A DNA stretch of 64,000 nucleotides from Octopus sinensis (taxonomy: Eukaryota): the NCBI RefSeq assembly GCF_006345805.1, contig NC_043003.1, positions 57,474,001-57,538,000 of the forward strand, in the 5' to 3' direction. How positions within the stretch are numbered: position 1 is the first letter of the stretch; every line of letters begins with the position of its first letter. Below are positions 26,227-38,921 of this stretch, in pieces. Under the pieces are notes generated by a model. The model had not been told where the DNA came from. It was given only the letters and a program-made list of their open reading frames with translations, and made no database searches. Position numbers and translations under genes: made by a program.

Positions 26227-27733
26227 TCACGAAGGTTATATCGAAAATAATTCAAAAGTAGGTATAACCGTTTTATTAAATGACACAGGTCATTCAAATT
26301 GCAGATATTGGAAGAAGAACTATTCCTCTATAGTAACACTTATTCCTGGTCTTCTTCATTGCAGAAAAATAATAGGTTCTAAGGAAAAGCAAAGTGCCGT
26401 CATTGAGTACATCCATAAAAGTGTCAGGTTGTTTATGGAGACGACAAGAATGGCAAAAGCAACGTACAGTCATTTCTTTTCTGCCTTTAACCCTCCAACG
26501 CGGAGTATAGGCCACTTATAATTGAATTCCATGTCGCATAATTTTTCGCTTCTGTACTTATACTCTGCCATGAATGTCCCCCTTTCTCTAGTTCCTTTGT
26601 TAAACTACGCCACGAGTTTTTAAGCCCACCTTTCTTTCTATATCTATCCGGATTCCACTGTGAAGCACTTTTCGCTACATTTTGGTGTGCCATTTCTAAT
26701 TGTGCTACCAATCCACTTCCACTTTTTCTTAAATATTTGCTCCCTAATCGAAACTTGATTTGTTCTTTGCTATAGCTCCATATTGCTTATGTGTTCGGGT
26801 CATCTAATATTAAGTATACTACGCATCTAATATTAAGTATACTACGCAAGTATCTGTTGATGAATGATTGTATTTGCTTAATTGACTTAACTGTTGTTCG
26901 CCATGTCTCTGCCCCATACAATAATACCCGCAGAAATAGATCCGTACAGTCTTGGATGAAGAAATTTAAGGAAGAGAAAACGACAACTGAAGACAATCCG
27001 AACTGAGAGAAATCATCAACAGCGTCTAAGGGTACGAATTACCAGTGAGTGGACTGCTCCATGTGGACAGACGCGCCATAATCCATGAAGTTGTGCCCAA
27101 CTGTAATGTGGTCACAATACATTACAGATGATGGTGTAAGACTTTAGAATGGAAAAGTGCCTGCAAAGTGGGTAAATGGTGAGGGTTTTGTTTGTGTGTG
27201 TGTGTGACAAGAGTTTAATTCTCCTGTATTTTGTGAAACTTGACAATACAGTGAACATCGAGTGGTTAAGATACTTAAAATGATTAGATAAGTCGTAAGG
27301 CGGAAGACACCGAACAAGAATCTGTAAGCGATTCAAATTCACCATGCTAATGCGTGACCAGACATCTTCAGAAATAAATTGATCAATTAGCAAATAGAGA
27401 TGATTAGCGGTTCACCTATTACTGATTAGTCTGGAGCTAGCACCTTCTGATTATCACATGACCCATTCAATGAAGGGCAAGTTTCGAAGACAATGATTTA
27501 ATGACTCAGACAATGCGAAGATAGCTGTGAAAAGGTGGGTACAACAGTACTCAAATGAAATTTTCCTCAAGGAGGATTCGAGGGTTGAATCCAGCAATAC
27601 CACAAATGTAAGGCTTGTGATGGTGATTTGTATGAAGGAAAAGTTGCTTTAACTACATTTGAAATTTGAACGACTTACGTCAGTTGATAAAGATGCTATG
27701 CTATTTTGTCATTACTTTCAACACATACCTCGT
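26227..27733 (+). mobile_element. Degenerate mariner interrupted by an RTE fragment
   Basis: Diverged TIRs (cacgaaggttatatcgaaaataat / gtcattactttcaacacatacctcg-ta); remnants KQSAVIEY, WMKKFKEEKTTTEDNP, KVPAKWV and LAPSDYHM. Confidence 0.8.
26472..26942 (-). mobile_element. 5'-truncated RTE-1-type LINE with 9-bp TSD
   Basis: VLLYGAETWRTT...FINRYLRSILNIR and WNP..RKKGGLKNSWR...GLYS; TSD cgtacagtc at 26463-26471 and 26943-26951. Confidence 0.85.
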
Positions 27734-29086
27734 ATACATACACATACATGCATATATGTGTGTGTTTGTGTGTGTTTGTACATGTATGTATGAATATATG
27801 CATATATAACCATATTTAATATATTCGTGTACACTTGGAAATGGGAAAGCCTTTCGCTGCAGAAATAGACCCGGGAAAAAACTTTTCTTAAAAAATATCC
27901 TTAAAAATGGGGGAAAACATATTAGGCTATGAATAACACCGTCAGATCGTAGAACGCATGCGTTTCTGCGTCACAGCTACAAATAACGAATTCCTCTTTT
28001 TTATTTTATTTTTATTTATTTATTTATTTTTTTTTTTGCCGTGATCGAAGTGTACACGAACGTGTTAAATATGATGGTACAATATCATATTTTATTCAGT
28101 GCTGCTTCGTACGTCTCCAGTATACGAAGCTGGCGATACGAGGCGCCATGACGCATCCGATACGGTCGGATTGTGTCATCCATAGTGCAATGTGTGTTCA
28201 AAGAGTTAACATTGAGGGGAATTTTTCCCCGAGACGATTTTCGCTGTGAAATGCCTTCTCATATCTAACTGTACATAATCGTATTTAATATTGGCTGTAG
28301 AGGAATATAATTTATCCAGGGCAGTTTCATGCGACACTTCATTAATGTATGTGTGTGTGTGTGTAGTCTGTGTGTATAACTTGCTTCAATCCAGTAGCCT
28401 GTAGCTCTGTAGTTTCCACGGCATGCAACCACTTTTTCGTGTATGTTTGACTGTATCGAATAGCAGACTATTGAAATGCCTTATATAGGTGTCCCTACTC
28501 TACGTTTGTATTGAGCACTCCCTCTCCGGATCGTTAGCCAACATGCACGTGTGCGAGTGAATATGCAATATGCATACATACACTCCATACATATACACAC
28601 ACGGATGTGCATATTCACTCATATATTTTATTCACACAGACTTATTATATTTCTCACACAAGGAGGGCGCCCATTGCCTTAAATCTTTGGTAACATCATA
28701 TGATAGAAAACCTGATAGTAACATTGAAGAAACATTTCCAGCAGAGAAAAAAGTTCAATAATTATCTTGTTCTGATGTCAGTGAGCATGAATATAAAAAC
28801 ATCGTTAAGATAGCCGATGAACTTGAGAAGAATTAGGAAATATAATCCAACATAGTTCTCTCTCCCCAAAACGTCTTTAGAAATCGTAATAACTACGACA
28901 TAATAATAATAATAATAATAATAGTGATGCATGTGCCTGGTATACCTTTATCAGACGGGTAGTCATGATGGGTATATTGGGCTTCGTATATTTTACCCCA
29001 GTGTCACTTTGATGGCATGCACTGCTCTCTCACTCAATAATAATAATAATAATAATAATAAATAATAATAATAATAATAATAATAA

Positions 29087-29117
<31 letters not shown>

Positions 29118-29126
29118 AAGAAGAAG

Positions 29127-29157
<31 letters not shown>

Positions 29158-29289
29158 GAAACAACAGCAAAACAACAACAACAATAACAAGGATGATGAC
29201 GATGATGATGATGCTGATTTCAAATTTTGGCACTTGCCCGCAAACTATGCCAATAATTCCGCTATAACCATAATGATACTAATAATATT

Positions 29290-29485
29290 CATCATTGCTA
29301 CTATGGGCACAGGCCTGAAATTTGAGGGAGGGGATAGTCGATTACATTAAACCCAGTTACTTAATTGGTACTTATTTTATCGACCTTGAGAGGATGAAAG
29401 GCAAAGTCGTCCTCGGCGGAATTTGAACTCGGAACGTGAAGACGAGCGGAATACCGCTAAGCATTTCGCCCAGCGTGCAAACGAG
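29290..29485 (-). mobile_element. tRNA-derived SINE, family B
   Basis: Reverse complement shows B-box gagttcaaattccgccgagg and gactttgcctttcatcc; homologous to 42007-42240. Confidence 0.75.
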
Positions 29486-29569
29486 TTAACAATAATAATA
29501 GTAATAACAATAACGAGGAGGAGGAGGAGGGGAGGGGGAGAAGGGGAGGAGGAGGAGGAGGGGGAAGAT

Positions 29570-29890
29570 AATTTGGGAAAATATGGATTGGCAAGAATTT
29601 GGAATGAAACAGTGGCCCACATTGTTGCAGAATGCCCGAACTTGGCGCTAAGAGAACATAAGAACTGGGGGAGATGATCAACTTGTGAAAGTTTTGTACT
29701 GGGAGCTTTGTTAGAAATAAGGGCTTTTAAGGAGGATGTGCATAGTATAATTCTTGGGTAGAAACAGTACTTCAGTTTATATAGATCCAGGTTATAAATA
29801 TCCATTTATATTTGTAAAAATCTGTGCACTCGGTTTTGTGAGTAAGTGCTTGAGCAATAATCTCGATGAGCTAAGCAGAAATCAAGCAGT
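29570..29890 (+). mobile_element. R4/Dong-like LINE fragment (zinc knuckle and RLE tail)
   Basis: WNETVAHIVAECPNLA..EHK and ALGFVSKCLSNNLDEL, with internal deletions. Confidence 0.65.
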
Positions 29891-30156
29891 TAAGTTGCAC
29901 ATAGCAGATACAGTTTGTAAGCCGAACAGTAAAAATACGCAAGATAATTCGAAATATGGCATTGTTTTCATCAACAGCTTTCCAACGATGGAACTTTGTA
30001 TCTTTGTTAGGGGCCTCATTGAAAGATTTCAACTCATTAGAAACAGGACAGAAAATATATACATTTATACATACGCACATACACATTTACATACTTTTCT
30101 CACTCGCTTACTCTCCCCTTCTTCCCCCTTGGCTCTCTCTCTCTATATCTCTCTCC

Positions 30157-30206
<50 letters not shown>

Positions 30207-30209
30207 GTA

Positions 30210-30428
30210 CGGAAGGGTGCTGAAATGTTCCTGGATTTAAGGATAAAGCGAAAGACCTGTTTACTGTCCGAAACTTCCGAGTTCTTGTACAGGCCTTACA
30301 AAATCCCGAGGACCGTGGCAATAAGTGTGTGAATCTCAGGGGGGAATATGTTGAAGCAAATTACAATTAACGGATCCCCTTGTATTTTCCTTTACCCAAA
30401 GCCAACAAGTTTTCAGCATCCCACCACG
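30210..30428. mobile_element. Mariner-type MITE
   Basis: Diverged TIRs cggaagggtgctgaaatgttcctggattt / aaagccaacaagttttcagcatcccaccacg, TA on both sides. Confidence 0.65.
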
Positions 30429-30552
30429 TATTATACATGCATGTGTGTGTGTGTGTGTGTCGGGCCATCGAAAATAGATGACGGATAAATACTTTACGCA
30501 TGGATTCACCTGTTTTATTACAGGTGGTGCATGCATATACCTGTCTATCGAA

Positions 30553-30618
<66 letters not shown>

Positions 30619-30714
30619 CGGGAAGGTTTACGAAAATAAACAAAAGACGAAGGCAGGTGGAGTACAAACAAACAAATGTATTAGTATGGCGCTCAGGAAT
30701 AGAAATAGAACAAG

Positions 30715-30752
30715 TCTTTTACGTTTCGAGCCTACGCTCTTCGACAGAAAGA
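30715..30752 (-). ncRNA. HHR-like motif with CUGUCGA core (copy B; host repeat about 30618-30800)
   Basis: UCUUU-CUGUCGA-A-GAGC-GUAG-GCUC-GAAAC-GUA-AAAGA; stems I and II fully paired; the element 3' end abuts (TA)n. Confidence 0.7.
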
Positions 30753-31196
30753 TACACAGAAAAGAAACAACGAGAGAAACAAGGAGAGAAAAAATGCGTG
30801 TAGGAGCTAACGGTCTATCATATATATATATATATTAATAATATCAGGGTAATAAAGAGTTTAGAAATGTTTGCTACTAGTGGCCTAGCGTATAGAAAGA
30901 TTAATCATTAGACTATATATTATTCATATAAAATATACAATGTACACTGTATTATATATATATCTACATATATATATATATATAATATACATATACGAGT
31001 GAGATGACAAGCGAAAGAGGTAACTCAAAATATTTATTGGGAGGTACATGTATGGATCAAAACAGTTTGATTCAAATCCCTAGGTAGTTTAAGTTTCAAA
31101 GTCTGATGCTAATACTCAGCCGCTGGAAATTTGCTTTTAAATATAAAGTACCAAGAAATCAAACTGTTTTGACCCATCCACCCATACATACATACA

Positions 31197-31270
<74 letters not shown>

Positions 31271-31844
31271 TGATATATATATATATATATAACACAGTAA
31301 TATATATTCTATTTGAAGCGACAATTTTTAAATAGAAAGAAATGACCGAAAACTGATGAGCTAGCCAGAATCGAGTCCACAAATCATCGCTTACATGGCT
31401 CCTTGTGCATTCGACTGGGCCAAACGGTCGCCCATAAACTTCAGCCAAATTTAATGATTATATATTTAATATGTACATGGACTGTCTAATTCTACATATA
31501 ATATTAAAAGTTCATTATCAATTTTATTAGTGCATGTATGGTGGGATGCGTGTATCTTACTCTTTGATTCTCATACGTGTTTCAGCCAAAAGGCTGTGTT
31601 CATAACAGTTGAATCGCCAAAAAGCGATAAAATACAAAATCTCAGTACGTTGATGTCAAGTATTCTTTACCATATTATAATTGAAATGCTCTGCTTTACC
31701 TGTACTCTGAGTTTAACGGTTTGACTAGCAAACCGAGTGCGTGCGAGCGTGCGTGTGTGTATCTTAGTCTTTGTGTGCACACGCACACAATCATATGTAA
31801 TATATATATATATATATATATTTTTTATTTAACTCCCTCATACC

Positions 31845-31892
31845 GTCTTTGATGAAGGGATATCGTTCATATGCCTGACAAAGGTGGAAGAC
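31845..31892 (+). pseudogene. Decayed HHR-like motif (same family as 50678-50729)
   Basis: gtct-TTGATGA-agggatat...atgcct-gacaaaggtgg-aagac; the flank ccctcataccgtct matches cctctcacaccgtct at about 50667. Confidence 0.45.
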
Positions 31893-32188
31893 TATCTTTC
31901 TCTTTATAACTGTCCTCGACAAGCTCACACACGACCCGCATTAGACACCTCACTCATACTATTATCGAACCGGGAGTCTAACCACGGTCCTTCCGCAGCA
32001 CTTGCATAGCCTTACCTGCTATCTTGGGTCTTCTGGATACGAAAACCTCACTCACACACACACACACATATGTATATATACATACATATATATAAAAATG
32101 TGTGTGCGTGTATGTATATATGTTTGTATATTTATATATATACATATATATATGTATACACCTGTTTTCGTCTTTTTTTGTAAATTCC

Positions 32189-32222
<34 letters not shown>

Positions 32223-33105
32223 ATGTGTGTGTGTGTGTATGTATATATTATACACGCACACAACTGTACATACAAATGCAAATGTATATAGCTGCAAATG
32301 AATGTATATGTAGATACGTGTGTGCGTAGATTGACAGATAGATAGATATAGACATACATGTATACACGTTATAAATGTAAATCCATGTCAATAGATTCAT
32401 ACGTATACATAGTTTCGTATATGTTATCATGTGACACATCTCGTAGGAGAAGCAGAAAGAAAGAAGGAAGGAAAAGCGAAAAGAAAGAATGAATGAAAGA
32501 AAGAATGAAGGAAGGCAAGAAGGAAGGAAGGAAGGAAGGAAGGAAGGAAGGAAGGAAAGGTTAGGAGACAGGGAGAGTAGCGGCGCGAATAGTGAAAAGA
32601 TAAACAGACCAAGTTAAAGACAGACAGATACACACACACACAACCTAGACTTACAGTGAGATATTTAGCAAAATGGCCGCTGGCCATACAGCTCAACTGA
32701 ATTTTGCGCGGTCACATTTCTTCAGAGCAATTGAAGATTTAATTAATATCCAAAAATTTTGATGCTATCACAATTGCCTGGAATCGATCTACTCATCCAA
32801 TTAAACCATTTTTCCATAGAATGTTCTAGAAACAGATGAAATTATAAGTGAAAAATCAGATTCTTTTTACTTGCAATCTGCAATCCGGTTACAGCGTTTA
32901 TTTATTTCTTCTTATGGTTTATGTCTTATCTTATATATATATATTTTTTTTTTCCTTGTTTTGTTTTGTTGTAAAATTCCACTTCAAGTGATGGAGGAGA
33001 ATTATCATCACTGCAGGAAACTTCTAGACCAGAACAACACATTACTTACGTGACGACGATGATGTCATATCTATATATCATCATCTTCTTCCAATTATTA
33101 TTATT

Positions 33106-33170
<65 letters not shown>

Positions 33171-33183
33171 TATTATTATTATT

Positions 33184-33244
<61 letters not shown>

Positions 33245-33566
33245 GTAATAATAATAATAACAATATCGTTATCATCATTTCTTCTCTTCGTCTTCTTTTA
33301 CTTCTTCCGCTTCTTCTCTCACATCTTCTTCGTTTTCTTTCTTTCCCTCTCTTTGTCTTTATTTCTGTCTGTCTCTGAACAAAATTGTATGCATATAGTT
33401 ACAAATACATACATATATATATATTTATGCGCGCACATATATACATATGCGTGCATGTATATATTATGCGTGTGTATATGTGCATGAGTGTGTGTGTACA
33501 TCACTTTTATACTTTCTCTCGCATATATTTTCAAACATAGAGAGATATGCATATAATGCATGTATA

Positions 33567-33638
<72 letters not shown>

Positions 33639-34324
33639 ATATGTATGTTATTTACCCATGTATGTGTATATATATGTATATATGTATATGCACATATATA
33701 TGTATATGTATATATATCTGTATATGTGTATACGTATGTGTATGTATGTCTGTGTGTCTGTCTGTGTGCATGTATGAAGAAGCATACGTGTATATATATA
33801 TATATATACGTAGTATATTTAAGCACGTATAATGGAAGAGAAGATGTGAATAGATTGAGAGCAGGGTATGGCCGTGAGTCAATGATTAGATTTGGTAAGA
33901 TAGAGGTTGGAGAAATAAATTAATGCGTAAGTATTAACGCGGAGCGACGGGCATACACTAACACACAACACACAAACATAACCAAAAGTTGCAACAAGAC
34001 ATATGCATATAGTGACATAGAAAGCTGCATACATAGAATGATACATCCATGCATACACACACATATGCATTATATACTATATACACTATACATATACGTA
34101 CACACACATATATCATCATATACGTACATTATATGTATTTGCACAATATATGTATATTGAACATATAATATATATATAAATTTATATAAATAAGGATAAG
34201 ATCCTTGTGCTATATGAACACTTAAGGTGGTTTTAGAGTCAGATGCTGGCTGCTATTTTCAGCATGGTGGTATCTCGTAGATGCCCTAACTTATAATTAT
34301 ATACATATATATATATATATTAAG

Positions 34325-34830
34325 GTATGTAGAAAAATACAACAAGGACAAGAACGTATAACTCTTAGAAGACGATACAATAAACACGGACAGGACATTC
34401 GAAACCCTCAGTCTTCAGTCAAGAACCGGATCATCGTAGTAATTTCGGCTGATTAATCTTGAGATTACTAGATCACGGCCAGCCCTCCAAGAAAAACTAA
34501 GCAACGAGCATTAGAAAAACTAAGCTGGGAGCGTAGATTTCCTGGAAGAAGGATCGAATGCATACGAACACCGGGACAGCAAAAGGGACGAATATAAAGG
34601 GCAAAAAACAATAATGGAATACAGAAACATGAATTACAGAAGCATTAACGGTGAAAACAACAAGTGTCTTACGACTGATAACAAGCAAACAAATTTTCTC
34701 TGGCGCATTGGAAAGGAGCCTTATCGGCGATGCCTTGGCGGCGGACGAAAAACAACGATGTTAACACGTCGCTGGTGGGAAGCTGAGAGGCAGATTTCGG
34801 CCAGCGGTCACGTGACAGAGAAGAGAGAAA
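34325..34830. repeat. Interspersed repeat abutting (TA)n; partial second copy at about 59830-59960
   Basis: Shared gacaagaacg...gacattcgaa...tcttcagtcaagaaccggatc...atttcggctgat; element class not identified. Confidence 0.6.
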
Positions 34831-35084
34831 AGAAAAGAAAGAGAAGCAAAGGAAGGAAGAGAGAGAGAGAAGAGAGAGAGAGAGGAGGGACAAACGCAAC
34901 AAGGGGAGAGAAGAGAGAGAAAGAAGGAATCAGAGAGTTGAAGGGATGGGTGTCGAAGATTGACATGTGAGTGCAGAGCGAGACAAAGAACTGGAAGGGT
35001 AGGGGAAGAGTAGACCAAAGAATCAGAGGAAAGAGAAGAGAAAAAGAGGATATATATATATATTGTGTTTTCATGTTTGGATTA

Positions 35085-35127
<43 letters not shown>

Positions 35128-35143
35128 GTATGTATGTATGTAT

Positions 35144-35175
<32 letters not shown>

Positions 35176-35777
35176 ATTTGGCTCAAAAGCAAATAGCAAG
35201 GCCATGTAGGGGGACATGGAGTTAAGTACAGGGTGGTGTTCGTGTAAAGAGTTCAGGCCACTTGAGGTCCAGGGAGGCTTTGAACAAAGCGGTCGTTGGC
35301 ATCTTCACCATCTCATCTGGCAGCTTGTTCCACGGATCCGCATGTATGTATGTATGTATGTATGTATGTATGTATGTATGTATGTATGTATGTATGTATG
35401 TATGTATGTATGTATGTATGTATATGTATATATATATATATACTAATACTAATGCTAAGCACAGCTCACACGCACACACACATACACACAAGTATATACG
35501 GTTGTGTATTTATTGTATGTGTAAGTGTGTGTGTGTGTGTGCATGTCTCTGAGTAAGTGTGTGAGTGCATGTGTCTCTGTATAGGTACACAAAGAAATAC
35601 AAACGTATACACATTAGTGCATATAATCATTAGCTTGTTTACCAACCACATGGCGCCGGGTTCGGTCCCACTGCGTGGCCCGCGTAGACCCGAATGAAAT
35701 CGGGTTATAATACCGAAACGAAGTAAAACAAAAATAAACTATTTTAATCCCGAGCAAGGCCCGGTATATCTGTCTAA

Positions 35778-36437
35778 TCTATAAAATGAAGAATGCAAAC
35801 GTTGATACAAATTGGAATTTTATGTAAAAAGATGTCTAAATGGGGCTGGAAGGGGATTAAAATTTACAGGAGGGGTTAACATGAGGTGGGAAATTAATTG
35901 GGAGACTTTTTGGGCGCTTTTAGGTTCGTAATTTTGAAAATTAAGGCAATATTTTCGAAGTTGAAAAAATTTCTCATTTTTACGTATGAAATTTACAGCT
36001 GCATGTAGCCCGTGTTTAGAGCTTTCATTTGCATGGTCAATCTTTGAAAAATTACTAAAATAAGTACTAAATTTAACAAAGAAATCCTTTTTCTCCTTAT
36101 TTTTAATCGCTCGAATTGTGGCACGTACAAAAGGCAAGTGTGATTTCCGTTGTCACTGCCCGATATTTATGATTGATCTTTCAAAATATATTCTTTCTCA
36201 ACATAGTCAAGATCTTTTATTTTTTTATAACTTGGAAAGAGATAGATAGAGAAAGACAGAGAGTAAGAGAAAGCTGGGGAGAGTGCGAGAGAAAGGAAGA
36301 GTAAGAGAGTGGGAAAGTGAGAGAGAAAGGAGAGAGAAACAAAGAGGGGAGAATGTAGCGATAAGAAACAGAAAAGAAGCAACAGAAAGTAACAACTACA
36401 CCCACACCTGCGCATAGAGCGAGTCACCTTAAGCTAG
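35778..36437 (+). mobile_element. Non-autonomous Helitron, preceded by another Helitron 3' end
   Basis: A^TCTATAAAATG at 35778; degenerate hairpin then CTAG^T at 36434-36437. Upstream cccgagcaaggcccgg...CTAA ends at 35777. Confidence 0.6.
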
Positions 36438-36684
36438 TATATGTATATAAATATATAAACACATGGCAGGTAGAAGAATCCTTAGCGCACCGGACGATTA
36501 CTTTGCGACATTTCTTTTGACGTCAGAGTTCAAACTCCGTCGAGGTTTGCTTTACCTTTAATCCTTTCAAAGGGTAGATAAACTAAGTACTAGTCAAGCG
36601 CTAGGGTCGATCTCCCTCAAAATTTTAGACCGTAGAAATAAATATCTATCTACCTATCAATATATATATATAACAAATGCACCC

Positions 36685-36890
36685 TTTTAAAGCCTAGCCA
36701 GGTTCATGGGACCGTATGTCCTTCCCAGCTGGACGGGACGCCAGTCCATCGCAGCGTTAGTCATTTTTGCCAGCTGAGTGGACTGGAGCAACGTGAAATG
36801 AAGTGTTTTGCTCAAGAACACAACGCGTCGCCCGGTCCAGGAATCGAAACCACAATCTTGCGATCATGATGCTGACAACCTAACCACTAA
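36685..36890 (-). mobile_element. tRNA-derived SINE (family C relative)
   Basis: Reverse complement shows ttagtggttagg..gtttcgattcctggaccggg..gtgttcttgagcaaaacacttc. Confidence 0.7.
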
Positions 36891-37066
36891 CGTACGCGCT
36901 TCCATATACATATATATATATATATATATACATACATATGTATGCATTATGTATGACCGTATGTACATATACATACGTGTGTGTGTATGTGTGCGTGTTT
37001 ATGTGTATGTACGTATTTGTAAACAGATAATGCAGACACAAACATGTATATGTGCGTGTTAGTGCA

Positions 37067-37112
<46 letters not shown>

Positions 37113-37558
37113 TGTGTGTGTGTGTTGTGTGTGCGTTTCTCATCACTGCTTCACAAGCGGTTTGACGGAATGGAAATGGCTTAAAAGAAATAACTCGCAG
37201 AGGCCAATGGCATATATCTGAACAGCAGATACGATAAATTCTTAATTCTTAAAGTTATCTCAACTTCCAGAGAGAGTTCAACAATCGCTTGATGGCAATT
37301 GGGACTCACTCCAAATGCGAGTGTAAGGTAATGTCAAGAATCAGCATTTCACAAAAATCGACTTATTAATAAAAGGATTTTCTGATTGTCTAGAGGCAAG
37401 AGAACAATACATACGTTTATATGTATGCATGTATGTATGTATTTTGTATGTATGTATGTATGTATGTATGTATGTATGTATATATGTATGTGTGTATGTA
37501 TATATGTATGTATGTATGTATGTATATATGTATGTATGTATGTATGTATATATATGTG

Positions 37559-37862
37559 TGGAGACGAAATGGCCCAGTGGTTAGAGCAGCAGACTCGCGG
37601 TTGTAGGATCGCGGTTTCGATTCTCAGACCGGGCGTTGTGAGTGTTTATTAAGCGAAAACACCTAAAGATACGAGGCTCTGGCAGCGGGTGGTGGCAGAC
37701 CCTGCTGTACTCTTTCACCAAAACTTTCTCTCACTTTTTCTTCCTGTTTCTGCTGTACCTTTATTTCAAAGGGCCAACCTTGTCACACTGTGTCACGCTG
37801 AATCTCCCCGAGAACTATGTTAAGGGCACACGTGTCTGTTGAGTGCTAAGCCACTTGCACGC
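37559..37862 (+). mobile_element. SINE family C
   Basis: gtggagacgaaatggcccagtggttag head; collinear with 57927-58317. Confidence 0.85.
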
Positions 37863-38134
37863 TACGCATCATGTCTATAGAAATTCAAAATGGATGAAGG
37901 CACATGGCGTAGTCGTCATGGTATTCGGCTAACGATTATAAGGTAACGAGTTCATTTCCCAGCAGCGCAGATGTTTCAACGTGCAAGGCACTTTTTTTCA
38001 CGTTGCCCCAGTTCACTCTGGTAGCAAAAATGAATTGTACCTGTAATTCAAAGGGCCAGCCTTGTCACATTTTGTGTCACGTTGACTCTCCCTCAGAACT
38101 ACGTTCAAGGTACACTTGTTTGTGGAGTACTGTT

Positions 38135-38534
38135 TTACTCTTTTGCTTGTTTCAGTCATTTGACTGCGGCCATGCTGGAGCACCACCTTTAGTCGAATCA
38201 AACCGATCCCAGTTCTTATTCTTTGTAAGCCTAGCACTTATTCTATCGGTCTCTTTTGCCGAACCGCTAAGTTATGGGGATGTAAACACACCAGCATCGG
38301 TTGTCAAGCGATGTTGGGGGGACAAACACAGATACACAACATATACACACACATATATATATACATATATACGACTGGCTTCTTTCAGTTTCCGTCTACC
38401 AAATCCACTCACAAGGCTTTGATCGGCTCGAGGCTATAGTAGAAGACACTTGCCCAAGGTGCCACGCAGTAGGACTGAACTCGGAGCCATGTGGTTGGTA
38501 AGCAAGCTACTTACCACAGAGCCACTCCTGCGCC
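38135..38534 (-). mobile_element. SINE family A, full length
   Basis: Complete head, core-like motif and tail. Confidence 0.9.
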
Positions 38535-38646
38535 TATGTACTCAGCCATTTGCAAGTTAATCTCACTGGCAGACTGTTCCGGTGATCAGATCGACTGGAA
38601 CCATCATCGGCGTAACATCTGTTGATGGAAAGCTATTGATTTAGAC

Positions 38647-38921
38647 CAGTGGTTCCCAAATTGGGTGGTATCCCACCCACTAGGGACAGTGGAAAGTTCC
38701 AAGGAGGTGCTGAAGAAAATGGGTTGATAATGGGGTAGCAATTCATGTAAAAACAACAAAATAATGGATTCATTAGGCAAATCCTTATTTGTGAAATACA
38801 GTTGCTTTGAATTTACTTCAGAAAGAGGTCTATGTTTGTGATGCTTAGTTGGAGTTGGGGAGCTAGGAATGTGGCCTGGGTGTCAAAGGGTTGGCAGCCC
38901 GAAAAAGTTTCGGAACCACTG
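38647..38921. mobile_element. hAT-type MITE
   Basis: TIRs cagtggttcccaaa / tttcggaaccactg; 8-bp flanks atttagac / attaagtc (6/8 identical). Confidence 0.75.

Noticed and set aside
34385-34430. CUGAAGA...GAAU-GUC on the minus strand (also about 59890-59930)
   Set aside because: GAAU instead of GAAA, no stem I pairing, and the stem II loop is too short.
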